From Dictyostelium discoideum (lineage: Eukaryota): a stretch of 64,000 bases of DNA. Below the pieces are notes generated by a model. That model was given only the letters and a program-made list of their open reading frames with translations. It had not been told where the DNA came from and ran no database searches. The translations under genes and the position numbers were made by a program. Numbering within the stretch: position 1 is the stretch's first letter; the number at the start of each line of letters is the position of its first letter. Of the stretch, positions 44,797 through 57,809 are shown in pieces. The stretch is from the NCBI GenBank assembly GCA_000004695.1, contig CM000153.2, positions 2,336,001-2,400,000 on the forward strand, read 5' to 3'.

Positions 44797-47142
44797 ATGG
44801 ATAGTGATGAAGAAACAGTTTTTAAAACACCAATAAAAAGAAAAAAGAGTACAACAATTATTGATGAAGAAGATGATGATATTTTAATAGATAAAGTTGA
44901 TAATGGTAATAACAAAGGTGATGATGAAGATATTAATTTTAAAACACCTTCACCAAAAATAAAGTCAAGATTAAAGAGAATTAAATCGTCACCTTCTTCT
45001 GACATTGATTTCACTCCATCACCAAAATCAAACCAAAAATCCAAAAATGGCACACCAAAAAGTACAACATCTTCACCAAAAATTGCAAATTCAACATCAC
45101 CATATAAACCAACAATAACACCACCAACAACTCCATCACCATCAAAAAAGGACCAAATTAAAAAGAAAATTAATAAATCTCCAATTTCTGCTACCCAATC
45201 TCCATCATCATCACCATTATCACAACCAAAATCAAAACCAATTCAAAATAATAATGATAATAATAGTTATGATAATGAAATTACTAATGATATTGACAAT
45301 CCTTGGGATTTCGGTACATCAGATATAAGAATGAATGATGATGGATCAATGTCAAATGATAATCAATATTTTGCAACACCTGAAAAATATTCTTCACCAT
45401 CAAAACAACAAGACCAAGATAAATCTCCATCACCTCAAAAAAATGTAAATAAAAAAAATGAAAAAGATTTTAAAATTAGTAACAAAAAAGTAATTTTAAG
45501 ATCAATTAAAGATAAGGACTTACTTTCTTTTAAAGGGGTTTCAAAACTTTATAATTCCTTAAAACTTTCTGGTTTCTCCACAAAACAGTCAAATAAAGTA
45601 AGTAATATTTTTTAAAATATATATTTTGACCATTTTATTTTAGAAAAAGGAAAATATAATAAAATAAAATAAAATAAAATAAAAATTTAAAATTAAAATA
45701 TTTCTATTTACCAAACTATAGGCAAATTTAGAAAAGTTATTTGGAATTTACTCTAAATGGACAAAAGAGCTTAATCCATATGTTACACTAGAAAATTCAA
45801 TTATTAATGTTGAGAGGTTGGGTAGAAATAGAATTGTTAGAGTAAGTAATAAAAAAAATAAATAAATAAAAAATTTAAAAAAAAGAAAAAGAAAAAAAAA
45901 AAATAGAATACTAACTTTACACTTTTTTTTTTTTCTTTTTTTTCTATTTATAAATCTTCTTTATAATTTTTTTTATTTTATTTCGTTAATAAATTTTTAG
46001 AATCATATTGATGATTTAAAGAATGGTATAGTGTTTAGTTATAACGAACCAAAAGTAGGTATCATTTTTTATTATAATTGGTGATTTTTTTTTTTTTTTG
46101 GCAATAGATTGTTTTGGTAAAATGTCGGTTATCGTTTTTTTAAAATAGTGTGTTTGTAATATAACCTTAAATATCTTTAATTTTTTTTTTTTTTTTTTGG
46201 TCCCAAAATGGACTCTTTTCCACTTTTACTTGTTTTTTTAAGTTAATAATAAAAAAAAAAAGAAACCATTTATAATAAAAAAAAAAAAAAATCATTTATA
46301 ATAATAAAAAAAAACAAATCATTTATTTATATTTATTAATCCACAAACATTTCACCACAACACAACACAACACTTCACAAAACACAACTATATTGGGTGG
46401 CTTCTGTGAGGTTAATGCATTTAAATTTTTAATCTCCTCGTTTACCACCCTAAATTAATTGCTAATGATGTCGTTTTTTGAAATTTTACATTTATGGTGT
46501 GTTGATTAATATGTGGGTATGTGTGTGTGTGTAACAACCACCCTTCCTCTTATTATTAACCTCCATTTTTACCCGAATGTTTATTTCATTTTTCACAATC
46601 ATTATCTCTTATCTCCTTATACCTATGTTGCAAAGATACAATTATAGGACAGATACGGATAAGACAACTTTATTATTATTATTATCATTTTTATTTTTAA
46701 AATAATTTATGGTTTATAATTGACCTTTTATTTGTTTTACATGTGTGGTGTGTGGTGTGTGGTGTGTTGTAAGTACTTGTGTGGTTTGTAATCAAAATAA
46801 ATTTTAAAAAGATAAAAAGAAATAAATAATCATAAAAACACAATCAGTACTGTTTTTTTTTGTTTCTAATTTTTTATTATCGTTATTATTAATTTTCTTT
46901 GAATACTAACATAAATTTCCAAATAATAAATAATAATTGTATTTTAGGATAATCAAAACGATGTTAATGATAATGATATTAAAAATAATAATAATAGTGA
47001 CGATTTTGATTTTGATATTGATAATGAAATATCAAATCCAAATAATAGTAAAGTTGATTTTGTGCCACCTCATCAAGCTAAAAAGAATGATAACACCCAT
47101 TCAAATTCTTTTGGACAATTTAAAAATAATAATATTAGTAAT

Positions 47143-47197
<55 letters not shown>

Positions 47198-47385
47198 TTA
47201 ATAATAATAATAATTTTAATAATAATAATAATAATTTTAATAATAATAATATAAATAATAATATAAATAATAATATAAATATTTTTAAAAAAGTCGCAAC
47301 TACCTCTATTTTACCACCTAAAGATAATAACGGAGGTAGAGGAGGCGGAATTAAATTATCTCTTCCCAAAAAACCATCAAAATAA
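44797..47385 (+). CDS. Ser/Thr-Pro (CDK-consensus)-rich basic nuclear-type protein, at least 3-4 exons
   Basis: Exons are 44797..45597 (many S/TPxK sites such as KTPIKRKKS, FKTPSPKIKS, FTPSPKSNQKS), 45722..45841 (ANLEKLFGIYSKWTKELNPYVTLENSIINVERLGRNRIVR) and 46001..46054 (NHIDDLKNGIVFSYNEPK). All three have GTAAGT/GTAGGT donors. A putative last exon 46948..47385 is in phase after an 893-nt intron, and this last join is inferred only. Confidence 0.5.
46741..46776. promoter_or_regulatory. GT-rich G-box-like element (TGTGGTGTGTGGTGTGTGGTGTGTTG), a candidate GBF-type developmental enhancer
   Basis: The sequence motif is visible directly. Similar islands lie at 46503-46533, 49188-49212 and 49658-49692. 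The functional assignment is an inference. Confidence 0.3.
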
Positions 47386-47501
47386 AAATAGAAACTTATT
47401 TTTTTTTTTTATTATTTTTTTTTTTTTTTGGTTTTTGGTTTTTGGTTATCAATACCAATCAAAAGGGGAAATATTGGTCATTTAAATAAATAAAAATAAA
47501 T

Positions 47502-47542
<41 letters not shown>

Positions 47543-47999
47543 AAATTTATATATTTTTTATTTTAATTATTTCTTTTATCTTTTTATTTTTTAATTTTTT
47601 TAAATTAATCTTTTTTTATAAAAATATTATAAAAATCGATTTTGTTCAAGATCGATTTAAATCTAATACTACAAATAATTAAAAAAAATACAATCTGCAT
47701 AATAAAATTATTTTTATTATTATAATAACGAAAATATAAAAAAAAAAATAATTATAAATTTTTTTTTTATTTTTTATTTGTAATTAGAAGATCAAATACA
47801 ATAAATAGATCTTAAATATAATCATTACAAAAAGGTTTTTTTTTTTTTTTTTTTTTTAATTATTTATTTATTTCATTATACAACAACAAAAAGGAATCAT
47901 AAAAAATTTTTTTTTTTTTTTTTAATTATTTTTTTAATTTTCTTTTAAAAAATCGATTTTTCCTATATTCAATATATATATATATATATGTATCGACAC

Positions 48000-48039
<40 letters not shown>

Positions 48040-50459
48040 AAATAATCAAATTACAACAAGCGTGTTAGGCAAATTTTTATTTATTTTTTTTATTCTTTTT
48101 TTATACTTGCATTCTTTTTTTAAAAGAAAGGTGTGGGAATTCCTAATTACAAAAGAAAAATTTTTAGGAGATTGTATTGAGATAAAAATAGATTCAATGT
48201 CGAAAATGATTTCAGGTTATATTTTTTTTATTTTTTTTATTTTTTTTTGTTATTTTTATTAATCTAATATGATGGTAAAAAAACAAAAAAATTAATGGAG
48301 CAGTTCACAAGATTTTCCAATTTTTCTTTTTTTGGAAGATTTTAAACAAAAATAAAATTTTAAAAAATATTTTTATTTTTAATGTATGGGAGTTTTCAAT
48401 TTTTATTTACGTGGGTAGGAGTAATAAAAAAAAAAAAAAATTATTAAGTACCAAATTTTATAAATTTTCTTCATTTAATATTCCCAACTACAAAAAAAAA
48501 ATCCAAAAATCTAATTATCTACCTACCAAATTTAACTATTTTTAGAATATTTTTTAACACCAAAGCATTTCTCAATCATTTTTATTTTTATTTTTATTAT
48601 TTTCATTTTTACAAGTAGATATTTTTTTATTTTTTAATAAAATTAACATCGTAATTAGATATTTTTAATTAATTTTTTATTTTCTTCTTTTCTAATTTTT
48701 TTTTTTTTTTTTTTTAAAAAAATCTCAATGTTTTTGCAAAATTTTTTTATAATAATTTTATTTTATTTTATGATTTGTCAAAAAAAAAAAAAAAAAATTA
48801 TTAATAATAATATTAATTGGAATATTTTGTAAACTGTCTTTTTAAACTTTCAATCCCACATGCACACCACCTACACACGATTGCTTATTGAAATTATCTG
48901 TAAAACTTTAAAAATAGATTAGTTTGTATATGTAAAAATGTTAACATTTTTGTTTTATTTTTGCCAGTGTTTGTTGATTTTTCATGATAAATAAATATTC
49001 AATTAATTTATTGTGAATAAAAACAAATTGATTTCAATATTGATAAAAAAAAGTAGTACTACTCAATATTACCACGCATTTACAAAACAAATAAAACACT
49101 ACAACACACACACACACACTAACAAACAAGCTAAAACACACACACATTTTAACCCACTAGATAGAATATTCTATTTTTTGTTAGTTTAGTTAAGTGTGTG
49201 GGTGGGGGTTGTCAGTTTTAATAGCAGATTAAATCTACCCCTTAATATCACACGTACTTCCCAAATTCTATTTAACATTTTATAAAAATAGGGTTCGGTA
49301 AATTAATAATTACAAAGCTCCATTAATTAATTTGGTGGTATTTGGATTTAAAAAATGTAATGGTGCCTGGTGCCTAGTAGTTGGGGTTTATAAATTTTAT
49401 TTTTTATTTTTATTTTATTTTATTTTATTTTATTTAATTTTATTTTATTTTGTTTTGTTTAATATAACTATATTTTTGTCTGTTTTATAAGATTTGTTGG
49501 GCTTGAGTGTGTATGTTGGTATTATTGAATATCAATAATTTTAAAAGTTTCATTGATACATGATATTATCTTATCTATTTTTTGGTACTTATTCACTTTG
49601 TGAAACTTGAAATAATAATAAGATCGTATGAACAGATTATTAAAGTATTATTTTTTCTTGTTGTGTGTGTGTGGGTGTGTAAGTGTGTGTGGTAAATATT
49701 TATTTTTTTATTATTGTTTTATATTTAAAAAATTCTCTTACCAAAATAAAGTATCATCTCATATTATTGTCAATTTTAAAATTTTAAAACAATTCATTAT
49801 TGATATTATTTGATATTAATAATTTTGAATAACAACATATTATTAACTAACTACAAAAAAAAAAAAAAAAAAAAAAAAAAACACAATTAATTATTTATTT
49901 ATAATTAAAAAAAAAAGAAATTTTATTTATAAAAAAAAATCAAGTAATAACAATAACATTGTTTGTATTATTTTATATAAATTAATTTTTTTGTTTACAC
50001 TTTTTGATAAAATTTATATAAAAATTAGAGTTGCATTGCCTTTTTTTTTTTTTTATTTATTTATTTTTTTTTTTTATTTAATTTATTTTATTTTAAATTA
50101 TAAAATAATTTTTTTATTTTTTATTTTTAATTATTTTATTTCTTCCTTAATTTTGGGTGATTTTTCAATCTTTAAATAACAGATATTTAGTTTTTATTGT
50201 GGTCGTAATAACATAATACAAAATTAATTTAAAAAATAAAAAAAAAATAATTGGAATTTTAAAAAAAGATAAAGATATTTATTATTAAATAAATAAAAAA
50301 AAATTGTGTAATATACCTGTTCCATATTAAATACACACAATTTTTTTAATATAGCAGTTTCATTTATTTGTATAAATATATTTTTATACTTTAATTTTTT
50401 TTTAAATCTACCTCCAACCAAAAAATAAAAAAAAAAAAACTAAAACAAAAAATAAAATA

Positions 50460-50510
<51 letters not shown>

Positions 50511-50787
50511 CTAAAACACCATCAACAACAACAAACGCCACCAACACCACAATAAGAACACCAATATTTACATCCCTACATTACCAACAAAAAAAACCAC
50601 CACTAGTAACAAACCACTACCAAATACATTCCTTCCACTCATGTTTATTACAAAACTTGATATTTTTCAATCTACCCAATATATTAAACATTGAATATTA
50701 ATTTTTTAATTTTTTTAAATTATATAACATTTTTTAAAAAAAAAAAATTAAAAAAATAAAAAAGAAGATTTAAAAATAATAAAAATA

Positions 50788-50824
<37 letters not shown>

Positions 50825-51218
50825 AAAAACAATAATAGTAATAAAAATAACACCAAAATAATAAAAATAATAATATTATCAATAACAATAAAATAAAAAA
50901 ATAAAAATAAATAAAAATAAATAAAATAAAATAATATTATAATCAAAAAAAAAAAAAAAAAAACAAAAAAAAAAAAGAGATAAAAACCCAAATTAAAAAT
51001 CAATCATTTTGACAAGGTCTATTGTTGGGTTAAAATAAATTAATAAATTTAGTTATTATTAATAAAACCACGGCAAAAAGCCAAAATAATAATAAAAAAA
51101 TAATACTTATAATAATAATAATAATAATTCTCATTGAATTAGTTTAAAAAAAATAATAATATTTATTTCCAATATTTATTTTATTTATTTTTATTATTAT
51201 CTATTTATTTTTTGGTTT

Positions 51219-51265
<47 letters not shown>

Positions 51266-52416
51266 ATTTAAACAAAACAATAAGTTTTAATTTTTTATAA
51301 ATAATTTAAATATAACAGTGTCCAATTAAAAAAGACCAATTTAAATTAATTTTTATCTCTAAAGGTATCTTTTTTAAAAAAAAAAAAAAAAAATTATAAA
51401 AAATCATTATTCTATATATAAATTTTTATAATTATTTAAGAATATTTTTAAATAATAAAGCCTTCACCCCCCATCAAACACACATTTTTATTATTTTTAT
51501 TATTACTCATACAAAAAAAAAATATCGAAAACCACCATACAATCATACATATACATATTTATAGTTTTTGAATTTTAATAAAACATTATAACTCCCACAC
51601 TCACACACAGCAATAAATTTTAAAAAGTGTAAAAGAAAATTAGTTTTTTAAAAAATTATTCTCCTAACCACCCCAAAAACAAAAAATTATTCTTTTATTA
51701 TTAAAAATTTTTTTTTTTTTTTTTATCGTTGTTACATTTTTTATTTAAACCATTTTTTTATTTTTTTTTTTTATTTTATTTTCAATATTCAAATCACATT
51801 AATTAATATCCTATTGCTCATACCTTTTTAACCTAAAATTAAATCAATTTTTACTTCTTTTTTTTTTTTTTTTTCAAAACCACCAATTATAAATTGAATA
51901 ATAAATAAAATTTTTTAACTTTTTTTTCAATCAAAAAACCACCGTTTTTAAAAAAAAAATTTTTTAGTTACCAATTCGTTAGTTTTTAAAATAATTTTAA
52001 GATCATAATCACCCCAAACCACTGCATATCTTAAAAAAAAAAAAAAATTATTAATTAATTAAATTTCACAAATAAATCCTTATCCTTAGTAAAAAATTAA
52101 TCAACAAAATATCTACCGTAATTTTTTTTTAAAAATATCTTCAATCAATTAATTAATTAACATAATTTTTACCAAAGTAATAAAAAAAAAATAAAAAAAA
52201 AATAAAAAAAAATAAAAAATAAAAAATCTATAAATAGAGAACAAAAAAAAAAAAAATAAAAAATAAAACATTAATCACTACAACTGTAACATTAAAAAAA
52301 TAATAAATTATTTATTTCAAAAAAAAAAAAAAAAAGATATAAATAGTTTTTAATAAATCCAAAAAAAAAAAAAAGAAGAAAATAAAAAAATAAAATTTTA
52401 TATTTCCTCATTTACA

Positions 52417-52520
<104 letters not shown>

Positions 52521-52565
52521 GATCAATTTATTTAAATAAATAATTTAATAATAATAAATAATAAA

Positions 52566-53651
52566 ATGTCTTTATCTTTGGGTGATATCAAATTTCCAGA
52601 TAATTGGGATTTAATTCCAAATGAAAAAAATTACATTGATTATGTTTACAAGGAATCAATTGAATTAGAAGTATGGAGACCAAATAATAAAAGAGATTTA
52701 ATGGCACATAATAATGTTGTAAGTTTGGCTAAATATTTCTGGCCACATGTTGATTTCAATAGATTAGTAATGGGTGGAGAATTAATGGTATGGTTCTTTT
52801 CATTTGATGATGTTCTTGATGCTGGTATCTACACTGATGAAAAACAAATGGATTTGGTGAAAAGAATGGATAATGTGTTTATTAATGGTACTGTTGAGTC
52901 TGATGCAACTGGTCCAGAGAAGATGGCTCTCCACCTTAGAAAGAAATGTGAAGTAATGTGTGGCAAAAGAAGAAAGGATACCTTCAACCGTTTCATCTCT
53001 TCATGTGTCCAATGGGTCGATTCAATTATTCCATTCAATAAACTTCGTTCAGCTCAAGGCACATCCCCACATTTAGAATTATACTCATACTTGAGAAAAG
53101 TTAATATCGGTGCATATCCATGTGTCACTCTTACTGAAGTAATGTTAGATCATGAAATTGAATATTACATTTGGTCAGACCCAAAATGGATCAAAATGAA
53201 CGAAGACATCGCCATCATCACCACCTTAATCAATGATTTAGTATCCTATGAAAAAGAAGTCAATGATCAAGCAGGTGACTTGAATCCATTATACTTCCTC
53301 CAAAATCAAAAGAATATTCCATTACCAGATTCTTACAAACAAGTGGTTGATCTCATTGATTTCTGGGTAAAAGATTACCAAACCATGGAACAAAGTCTCT
53401 TAAATGAAATGGAATTTAAAGATTCAAAACAAAGAAGTGATATGGAATTCATATTGGAACATCTTCGTTATTTAGCTAGTGGTTCAAAGAAATGGTCAAT
53501 GCAAACACCTCGTTATTGCTCTCCAACTTCTCCATTCATTGAAATGAGAACTAAACCATCAACTCCAGTTATGAATTCTACAAAAAAACAAAAAATTGAT
53601 CATGTTCCATCTCAATCATTTATTTCAACACCAATTGATTTAAATAATTAA
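52566..53651 (+). CDS. Microbial-type class I terpene synthase
   Basis: This is a single 361-aa ORF. The metal-binding DDxxD motif is [10 protein letters not shown]. The NSE/DTE triad is NDLVSYEKE. The overall size and helical composition match the Dictyostelium and fungal terpene synthase family. Confidence 0.75.
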   Translation: MSLSLGDIKFPDNWDLIPNEKNYIDYVYKESIELEVWRPNNKRDLMAHNNVVSLAKYFWPHVDFNRLVMGGELMVWFFSFDDVLDAGIYTDEKQMDLVKRMDNVFINGTVESDATGPEKMALHLRKKCEVMCGKRRKDTFNRFISSCVQWVDSIIPFNKLRSAQGTSPHLELYSYLRKVNIGAYPCVTLTEVMLDHEIEYYIWSDPKWIKMNEDIAIITTLINDLVSYEKEVNDQAGDLNPLYFLQNQKNIPLPDSYKQVVDLIDFWVKDYQTMEQSLLNEMEFKDSKQRSDMEFILEHLRYLASGSKKWSMQTPRYCSPTSPFIEMRTKPSTPVMNSTKKQKIDHVPSQSFISTPIDLNN

Positions 53652-53836
53652 AAAAAAAAAAAAAACAATCAATAATATATATATATATTTTAAAAAACCA
53701 CTCGATCAATATATTTTTTTTTTAATGTATAAAAAAAGAATATTAAAAAAAAATAATAGTTAATAAAATTTGACATAAATTCAATTTTAATAGAGAATTT
53801 CTATTTAAAATTTAATTATATGATTTACTCATAAAA

Positions 53837-53894
<58 letters not shown>

Positions 53895-54761
53895 AATTTC
53901 CATAGTTTATAATTAGAAATAAAAAGTCGGTTATTTTTATTTTATTTTTTAATTTTTATAAAAATTGAATAAAAATTTTATTGAGTTTTATTTAAAATGT
54001 TAATTGAAGGTGATAATCTGAAAATTAAATAACGTTTAAATAAAAATTTAAAAAAAAAATTAAAATTTAAAAAAAAAAAAAAAATAAAAAAAAAAAAAAA
54101 CTGTTTAAAATGTTTAAAATTATTGATAGGTTAAAAAATGGATTTACAAATAAATGGATATTGTTCCATTCTAAAATGAAAAAAAAAATAAATAAAATTA
54201 ATATCTTAAAAAAAAACCAACATAATTTAAAAAAATAAAAATTGCTAAAATATATTTTTTAAATATGATGTCATTCAAATGATTTTAATTTTAAATAATT
54301 TTTACAAAATGATATTTATTGGATAGTAAATAGCTGAATTTTATTAATTTAATTTTTTAAAGTGGACCAATTCCATTATACAATTTGATTATATAAAAAT
54401 GGTATACTTGTAAAAAATTAATGGCGCAATTAATTTTATCTTTTTTTTAAAAAAATATTTATTATTTTATTATTCTATTTAAAACTATTAAAAATAGTTT
54501 TTTTTTTTTATTTTTTTTTTTTAACTGTATTAATAAAATAATGGAATAACAAAAATTATGTTGTAGGGAATTTTCCATAAAATTTCACTACAGTAGCGTA
54601 GTGAATTTTATTATTTAATTTCCCTACAGTAGCGTAGTGAAAAAAAAAAATCACTGACCTTAAATTTTTTTTTTTTTCAAAAAACAAATAAAGTTTATTA
54701 AATTGAAATTTTATTTTTTGTTTTAATTATTATTTTATTTATTTTTATTATAATTATTGTT

Positions 54762-54801
<40 letters not shown>

Positions 54802-54942
54802 CAATTTTTTTTTTTTAAATTTTTTTCAATTTTTATTTGTTTATTAAATTGTAATTTTATTTTTTGTTTTAATTATTATTTTATTTATTATTATTGTTAA
54901 TTTTTTTTTTTTTTCAATTTTTTTTTTTTTAATTTATTTTTA

Positions 54943-55340
54943 TTAATTTATTTTTATTAACTCCCTGAGTTGTTCAATTGCTTGATTTACCATATCACTG
55001 TAAACACTGCACACAATTGAATTTTTTCTAGCTTTGTTACCTCTGGTGCATTTGATGTTTTTGCATTTTCCTTTGTATACAAAAAAGTCCAAATATAATT
55101 CGTTTTCTATTACAGTTTTTACACAATGTTGGTGAAATTGTTTTGATTTTAATTCTAATGCTTCTAACATCATATTTGAATTTTTAACGATTAAAGCATC
55201 ACCACTATTTACATATAGTACTTTGGCTGCTTTTTCGAGGAATTTAGTCAAATTTTCCTCTGAATCTAACTATTCTTCATTGCCATATTCAATGGCTAAA
55301 TTTCTTAAGAGTTTTATCGAATCTATTAATTCTTCGATCA
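54943..55340 (-). pseudogene. Second short ORF inside the transposon, interrupted by an in-frame stop (MIEELIDSIKLLRNLAIEYGNEE*LDSEENLTKFLEKAAKVLYVNSGDALIVKN...)
   Basis: The 102-aa ORF 54943..55251 extends upstream in frame to an ATG at about 55330, but it is broken by TAG at about 55262. Its function is unknown. It is flanked by ~150-bp internal tandem duplications (54690-54760 and 54840-54905). Confidence 0.35.
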
Positions 55341-55704
55341 TTCTTTTTTTTTGAAATTTTTTTTTATTTTGTTTTTTCAATTTTTTTTTTTTATTTTGTT
55401 TTTTCAATTTTTTTTAAGTTTTATTTTTTTTTATTTTTTTTTATTTTTTTTAACAAATGTAATTTTTTTTTATTTTTTTCAATTTTTTTTTTTTTTTAAT
55501 TTTTAATTTTTTTTTTTTTTTTTAATTTTTTGTGTTGATTTGTGTTTTTTTTGTTTTTTTGATTTGGCCACTTGTTTTTATTTTCTAATTTCCCCATACC
55601 CCCTTCTATTAATTGCAACCAAATCAAGTTCTAATTTTTGTGTCCTTGTTGACTTTGTTTTTGCAACTTTTTTTGAAGGTATCACATTAACGATTTTTCC
55701 TATT

Positions 55705-55940
55705 GATGGTGATTTGGAAGGTGATTTAAATGGTGATTTAAATGGTGAATTGGAAGGTGATTTAAATGGTGAATTGGAAGGTGAAATGGATGGTGATTTG
55801 GAAGGTAATTTAAATGGTGATTTGGAAGGTGATTTAAATGGTGATTTAAATGGTGAATTGGAAGGTGAAATGGATGTTGATTTGAGAGGTGATTTGGATG
55901 TTGATTTGAGAGGTGATTTGGATGGTTTAGAATGTGATTT
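55705..55940. repeat. 12-bp-period tandem repeat (GGTGATTTGGAA/GGTGATTTAAAT/GGTGAATTGGAA...), about 20 copies, abutting the assembly gap
   Basis: A direct read shows the repeat. The + strand reads (GDLEGDLNGELEG)n and the - strand reads (KSPSKSPFKSP)n. The coding strand cannot be assigned. Confidence 0.8.
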
Positions 55941-55974
55941 TAAAGGAGGTTTATTAACAATTGGTATCTTATGA

Positions 55975-56094
55975 NNNNNNNNNNNNNNNNNNNNNNNNNN
56001 NNNNNNNNNNNNNNNNNNNNNNNNNNNNNNNNNNNNNNNNNNNNNNNNNNNNNNNNNNNNNNNNNNNNNNNNNNTGTTCTAAAAATATCAACTG
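55975..56094. other. Assembly gap (120 N)
   Basis: A run of n characters is visible in the sequence. Confidence 1.
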
Positions 56095-57759
56095 TTGATT
56101 GTTTATAAAGAACCAACTTGTTACCTCCTACAAAACCAGAGTATAAACCTTTTTTTTGAAGGCTATTGATTCCATCTTCCAAAAATTCAAGTTTATAAAG
56201 TTGTTTAGTGTCTTCCTGTATTACCTTATGAATTTTACACAAAATCAATATTTTCTATTAGAATTAAATATAAAATTTGTTAATTATTACTGTTTCATAT
56301 ATTATTAATCTTTATGTTTTAATTACTTACATTATTTTTTTTAATTTCTAGAAAGAGTACAGTATCACCAACTTTCAATCCCTTTGGTGGTTTTGAATTC
56401 CATTGATTTTGGTAACTTGTGAGATTTTCAAGAATAATAGCTGTTCTTTCTTCTTTTGAAACATCTGAAACACCAATTGATTGAGAGTCTTGTTCTGATT
56501 GAACATTAATAAACAAAGGAACAATACCAACAGCTTGAGATGGTTTCATTTTAATTGTTCTTGTTTTTGTATTATTGTAATCATACAAAGCTTGTTTTAA
56601 TAGTTCAGAAAGAGACCTAGAAGTACCATCAAGAAAACTAAAATTTATTTATAAATGATTAATTAATAAACATATCGATAATTTATATTGTTCACAATAT
56701 CATACTCTTGTTGTTTTAATTTTGAGATCCTCTCCTTGATAGTTCGATTCAATCTTTCTACCATACCTTGAGTTGTTGGTGTACGAGGAGCTCCATGTGC
56801 TGACTTGGAGCCTGGAAAAAGTTTTAGGAATTCTTTTTGGACTTTGTTTTTAAATTCACGTCCATTATCGCAGTGCCATACTTTCACAGGTTTGCCAAAG
56901 TACGTGAGAGCCAAAAAATTGTATATGGGAACTGTTCTCTTTGTTGTCAAACATCTAAAAAATAAATGATAATTAAAATAAAAAAAGAAAACTAATAAAT
57001 TAATAAATAAAAAATAAATACCTTCCAGTAGCAAATTTTGTAAAAGAATCTATGCATAGAATAATGTAAACAACATCGGTGTCGTACGGTTGTACAGAGT
57101 CATATTGGATAAGATCATCTAGTTTAGTTAGTATCTTTTCATTATCATCATCGTATGTAACTTTTTCTTTATGTTCACCTTTAATTGATGTTAAATCATA
57201 AACCAATCTTGAGTATTCCTCGGTATCTACAATTGGAGCAAAATCCTTTGTTATACCTATTAATTTATTTAAATTATTAAAAGAGTTTTAATATAAAAGT
57301 TACAAAACATCATATAAAAATGATTGATACCAAACCTTTTATTCTATTTCGTTGGCAAATGTCACACGTATCTACTGCATCAGATACAAAAGAATACAAT
57401 CCCATATTATAATATTTAGTCTTGTAGTTCCCATAGGTTGCATCTCTTCCTATATGACCTTTATGCATTTCTTCCCAGAGTGATACCATTCTATAATCAT
57501 TAATTACTTCTAAACACACTTCTTTTGATATATTTCTATCTCCGCCACAATTCATGACTTTTTTTTCAATTCTAAATAATTTTTCTTTTCTGTTTCTGTT
57601 TTTTATTGGTCAGAATTTAAAAAATGATTGTGTTATTGTAAGGAAAAATATTTACTCATCATGTAAAAATTTATAATTTTTATGTTTAGTATTTTCAAAA
57701 TTATTATCTTCAATAAATTTTAAATAATTTATAATTTCATTTATTTTATCTTGTTTCAT
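56095..57759 (-). CDS. Integrase-like transposase (HHCC zinc finger, DD35E core and SH3-like C-terminal region) of the Tdd-4-like element. Multi-exon, with the 3' end truncated by the N gap.
   Basis: See the mobile_element entry. The HHCC finger is H-x3-H-x29-C-x2-C. The core residues are ..DTD.., ..CDNG.. and ..E.. in ERLNRTIKE. The exon joins keep the frame. One junction near 56588/56663 is either a stop (..NYRYVY*) or a 68-nt GTATGA intron. Confidence 0.6.
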
Positions 57760-57774
57760 TTTGGGAAAATGAAA

Positions 57775-57809
<35 letters not shown>

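Noticed and set aside
46741-49700. GT-rich and CA-rich runs considered as telomeric or rDNA-derived repeats
   Set aside because: They are too short and irregular and sit in unique-looking sequence. They are better explained as G-box/CAE-type promoter elements.
55540-55974. The 144-aa + strand ORF (GDLEGDLNG repeats) as a bona fide gene
   Set aside because: The ORF is generated by a 12-bp tandem repeat and has no start context. The opposite strand reads equally well, so it is reported only as a repeat.
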